NCBI GenBank assembly: GCA_037447605.1
Contig: CM074808.1
Span: 868,001-932,000, forward strand
Length of the DNA: 64,000 bases
Direction of reading: 5' to 3'
Origin: Zygnema circumcarinatum SAG 698-1b
Taxonomy: Eukaryota > Plantae > Zygnematophyceae
Under the pieces are notes generated by a model. That model did no database searches and was not told the origin of the DNA. It worked only from the letters and a program-made list of their open reading frames with translations. The translations under genes and the position numbers were made by a program. Position 1 is the stretch's first letter, and every line of letters begins with the position of its first letter. This document shows, one piece after another, positions 61,591-64,000 of the stretch.

Positions 61591-64000
61591 TGTTAGTGTA
61601 TGATAGTTAGCATGTTTTGTTGGAACATTAGTTTTGTGTGTTTGTGTTGTGTGTTTCCTTGGCGGCGGTGCGCGCCTAAGTTAGTAGGCGGCGATACGGA
61701 CATTTGGTCGGTGGAAGAGGCGCGCGCGCGGAGTCGGCGTGACGAGGCGCGACGTACGTCGGAAGTGTGACGCCGGGCGCGACGCGCCGCGAGCGCATCG
61801 AAGATGTGGCGACGTTACACCGCTGCCGAATCGGCGACGCGGCGCCGGGCGTCAACCTTGATTGAACGATCGACTTGACGCGACGCTGGCGCCAAAATGC
61901 TTCCGCGATTCATCATTGCACGGAGCGCGCCGATGTCGGTGGCGCATGACGACGCTGAGTTTGACGCTGGCCATCAATCTTGGAGGCGGGTCGATCCTAC
62001 CGCTAAAGACGGATTAGCCAGAGGCCGAATGGATCTCGACGCGGAGGAAACGACGGACTGCGGTGGTGAGCCAACGAGGATCCGACGGCGCAGGATGAGG
62101 ATCAGGATAGGGCCCTTGCGGGCCGCTAGTCGATGTTGTGAGCTTCGTAGCATGGTAGTGTCACGGTGTTGTGACATAGTATATAGTGTGTTGTTTTGTT
62201 TGGTTGTTAATCTTTAACTTCTGCATTATCAACGTAGCTATTGTAGACTCTCGGTAGTCGATGCTCGTGTTGTCGGGAATATCACACTGCTTGTGCTGCA
62301 GGCAGTGGGCTTTTGAGTTTATTGGGCCATTTGGAGAGGGCCCTCATTTTGTGTTGATAAGATTATTATTAAGGAGTTTTAGAGCCGAGCTTTCTCCTAT
62401 CCTTTTCTCTCTCGCTATTCCGCATATTCTCGGTGAGGTTCTACTCGCGGAGTAAAATGGGCTATGAGCGAATGTGAGAGTTTGGGAAATGTCATCATCA
62501 TCGATTGAACGCTAACTCATGGAAGGTGATGCGAAAGTGGAGAAGTTTGCAAAGAAGTGGAGGAGTCCCTCCACCAACAACATGTGGTATCGAGCTCATG
62601 GAGACTCGATACCACGCCACAAGTTCAAAGATACCGGCGCTTGATGGGCAAGGTGATTACAAAGCTGCGGAGATGAGGTTGGTGCCTTTGCTTGTGGGCG
62701 TGCGCTGCTTTGGCACGCTGGATGGCGATCAAGGCTACCGGAGTTAATGTGTTGGAGCCTCACCGAGCAAAGCAGCCGAGCACCCACGCTGGGCCGCACG
62801 ATGGAAGGCCAAGGACAACAAAGCCCTGACGCAGATTGTTATGAGCGTAAGAGGAAGTCCATCCTCTATGCTGTATGATCTGAAAACCTCTCATGCTATG
62901 TGGAAGTGTCTAGAGGAGATGTATGATGTGAAAGACAATGTGACTATAGTCAGTCTTTACACTCAGCTAGGCAAGAAGAAGATGACTTCAGAGGAGAAAC
63001 TAGAAGCTTATATGGTCAGATTTGATGCATTGATGGAGAGGTCTATAGTCTAGGGAACCAAGTAGATGCGTAATTCATAAGATAAGCTTCATAGTTTCTA
63101 GGGGTTTGCCCGAGATTCAAGCTTCGCGGGCGCCTTGGAGGACAGCCTGGACTAATACTTTTCTATGACGCTGGGAAATGCTTAAGCCGCAGGGATAAAA
63201 GCGGAGGAGGATTCGATTCAGGATGTCGGCGGCCAAGAAGAGAAGGTGCTCGCGTTGCACACTCGACCGAATCGAAGAGGAGGAGGCGCCCCGAAGTCAG
63301 CCCGAGGAGAACGCTCGAATGTGACATGCTTCACATGGCAAGACCGCCACTACTCCCGCCGATCAGTTTTTCCAAGAACAAAAGCAACCCGTAGAAGGGA
63401 GGAAACGCCACTTCATCCCGCAAGAAGGAGAAGAAGGCGTACCAAATGCACTTCGCTTCAAGTGCAAGAAGAGAGGTCATTAAGAGTTCGACCTAAGGTA
63501 GCAGCGAGCAACCTCATGCCGCGCAGAGAATACCGAGTACCTATTTTTGTGGGAAGGATTCAGGTAGAGGACCTGAAGCGGCCGTGGCTGATTGACTCCG
63601 GCGCTTCCACGCATATGTGCGGAGACACATCGATGTTCTCCAAGCTCGACAACTTGGAGAAGGCTCGCTCAGTTCATTCAGCAACCGGTGAAGGAGTCAC
63701 CGTGACGAGAGGTGGAGCAGTGAGGATGGTCCTCGGAGACGGCTCAGTCATCAATGAAGACGATGTTCAGAGGAAACGTGACAGATGTTCACACCCCCGC
63801 CTCATGCAGAATTTCATGTCTCAGAGCCGCGTGCAAGAAGGGATACGTTGCTCGCTTGAGGAGAAGTCATGCGTGGCTATCCACTCAGAAACTGGGAGAC
63901 AGCTGTTCAGGGGTTATGAGAGAGGAGGGCTGTATTATCTTGATTATAAGAGGGAGAATCATGAGGAGGTAATGCAGCCAGAGAATGCCGATGTATGGCA
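61591..64000 (+). mobile_element. Ty1/copia element B (5' LTR ~61591-62579, PBS, degenerate gag-protease), continuing beyond the window
   Basis: TGTTAG...CCAACA LTR, PBS-like TGGTATCGAGC at 62585. Gag KIPALDG..DY, KALTQIVMSV, TSHAMWKCLEEMY; knuckle FKCKKRGH; copia protease WLIDSGASTHMC; GAG-pre-integrase GLYYL. Many frameshifts. Confidence 0.9.

Overview
Eukaryotic nuclear DNA with intron-rich genes. The gene set (CHX, PRIN2, nuclear-encoded plastid uS10, plastid transit peptides) points to a streptophyte green alga or early-diverging land plant; the species cannot be determined from sequence alone. Bases 1-52.3 kb are gene-dense: the 3' part of an unknown gene, an ECA-type P2A Ca2+-ATPase with an unexpected transit-peptide-like N-terminus, a PRIN2 homologue split so that no single ORF in the track shows it, a plastid SAM methyltransferase, a plastid RlmD/TrmA-type rRNA m5U methyltransferase, a CHX cation/H+ exchanger, a ~13 kb tau-tubulin-kinase-like gene with tandem CCCH fingers, PIMT, plastid ribosomal protein S10 and an NCBP2-AS2-like small protein. 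Bases 52.7-64 kb hold a ~213-bp tandem repeat followed by a four-layer transposon nest: RLE-type LINE, copia A, chromovirus (Ty3/gypsy), copia B. The chromovirus has a tRNA-like Pol III promoter in its LTR and a candidate -1 frameshift signal. Three 10-N gaps and many 1-nt indels in the TE region limit what can be said there. All exon models were built by hand from GT/AG sites and frame continuity; no database searches were run.
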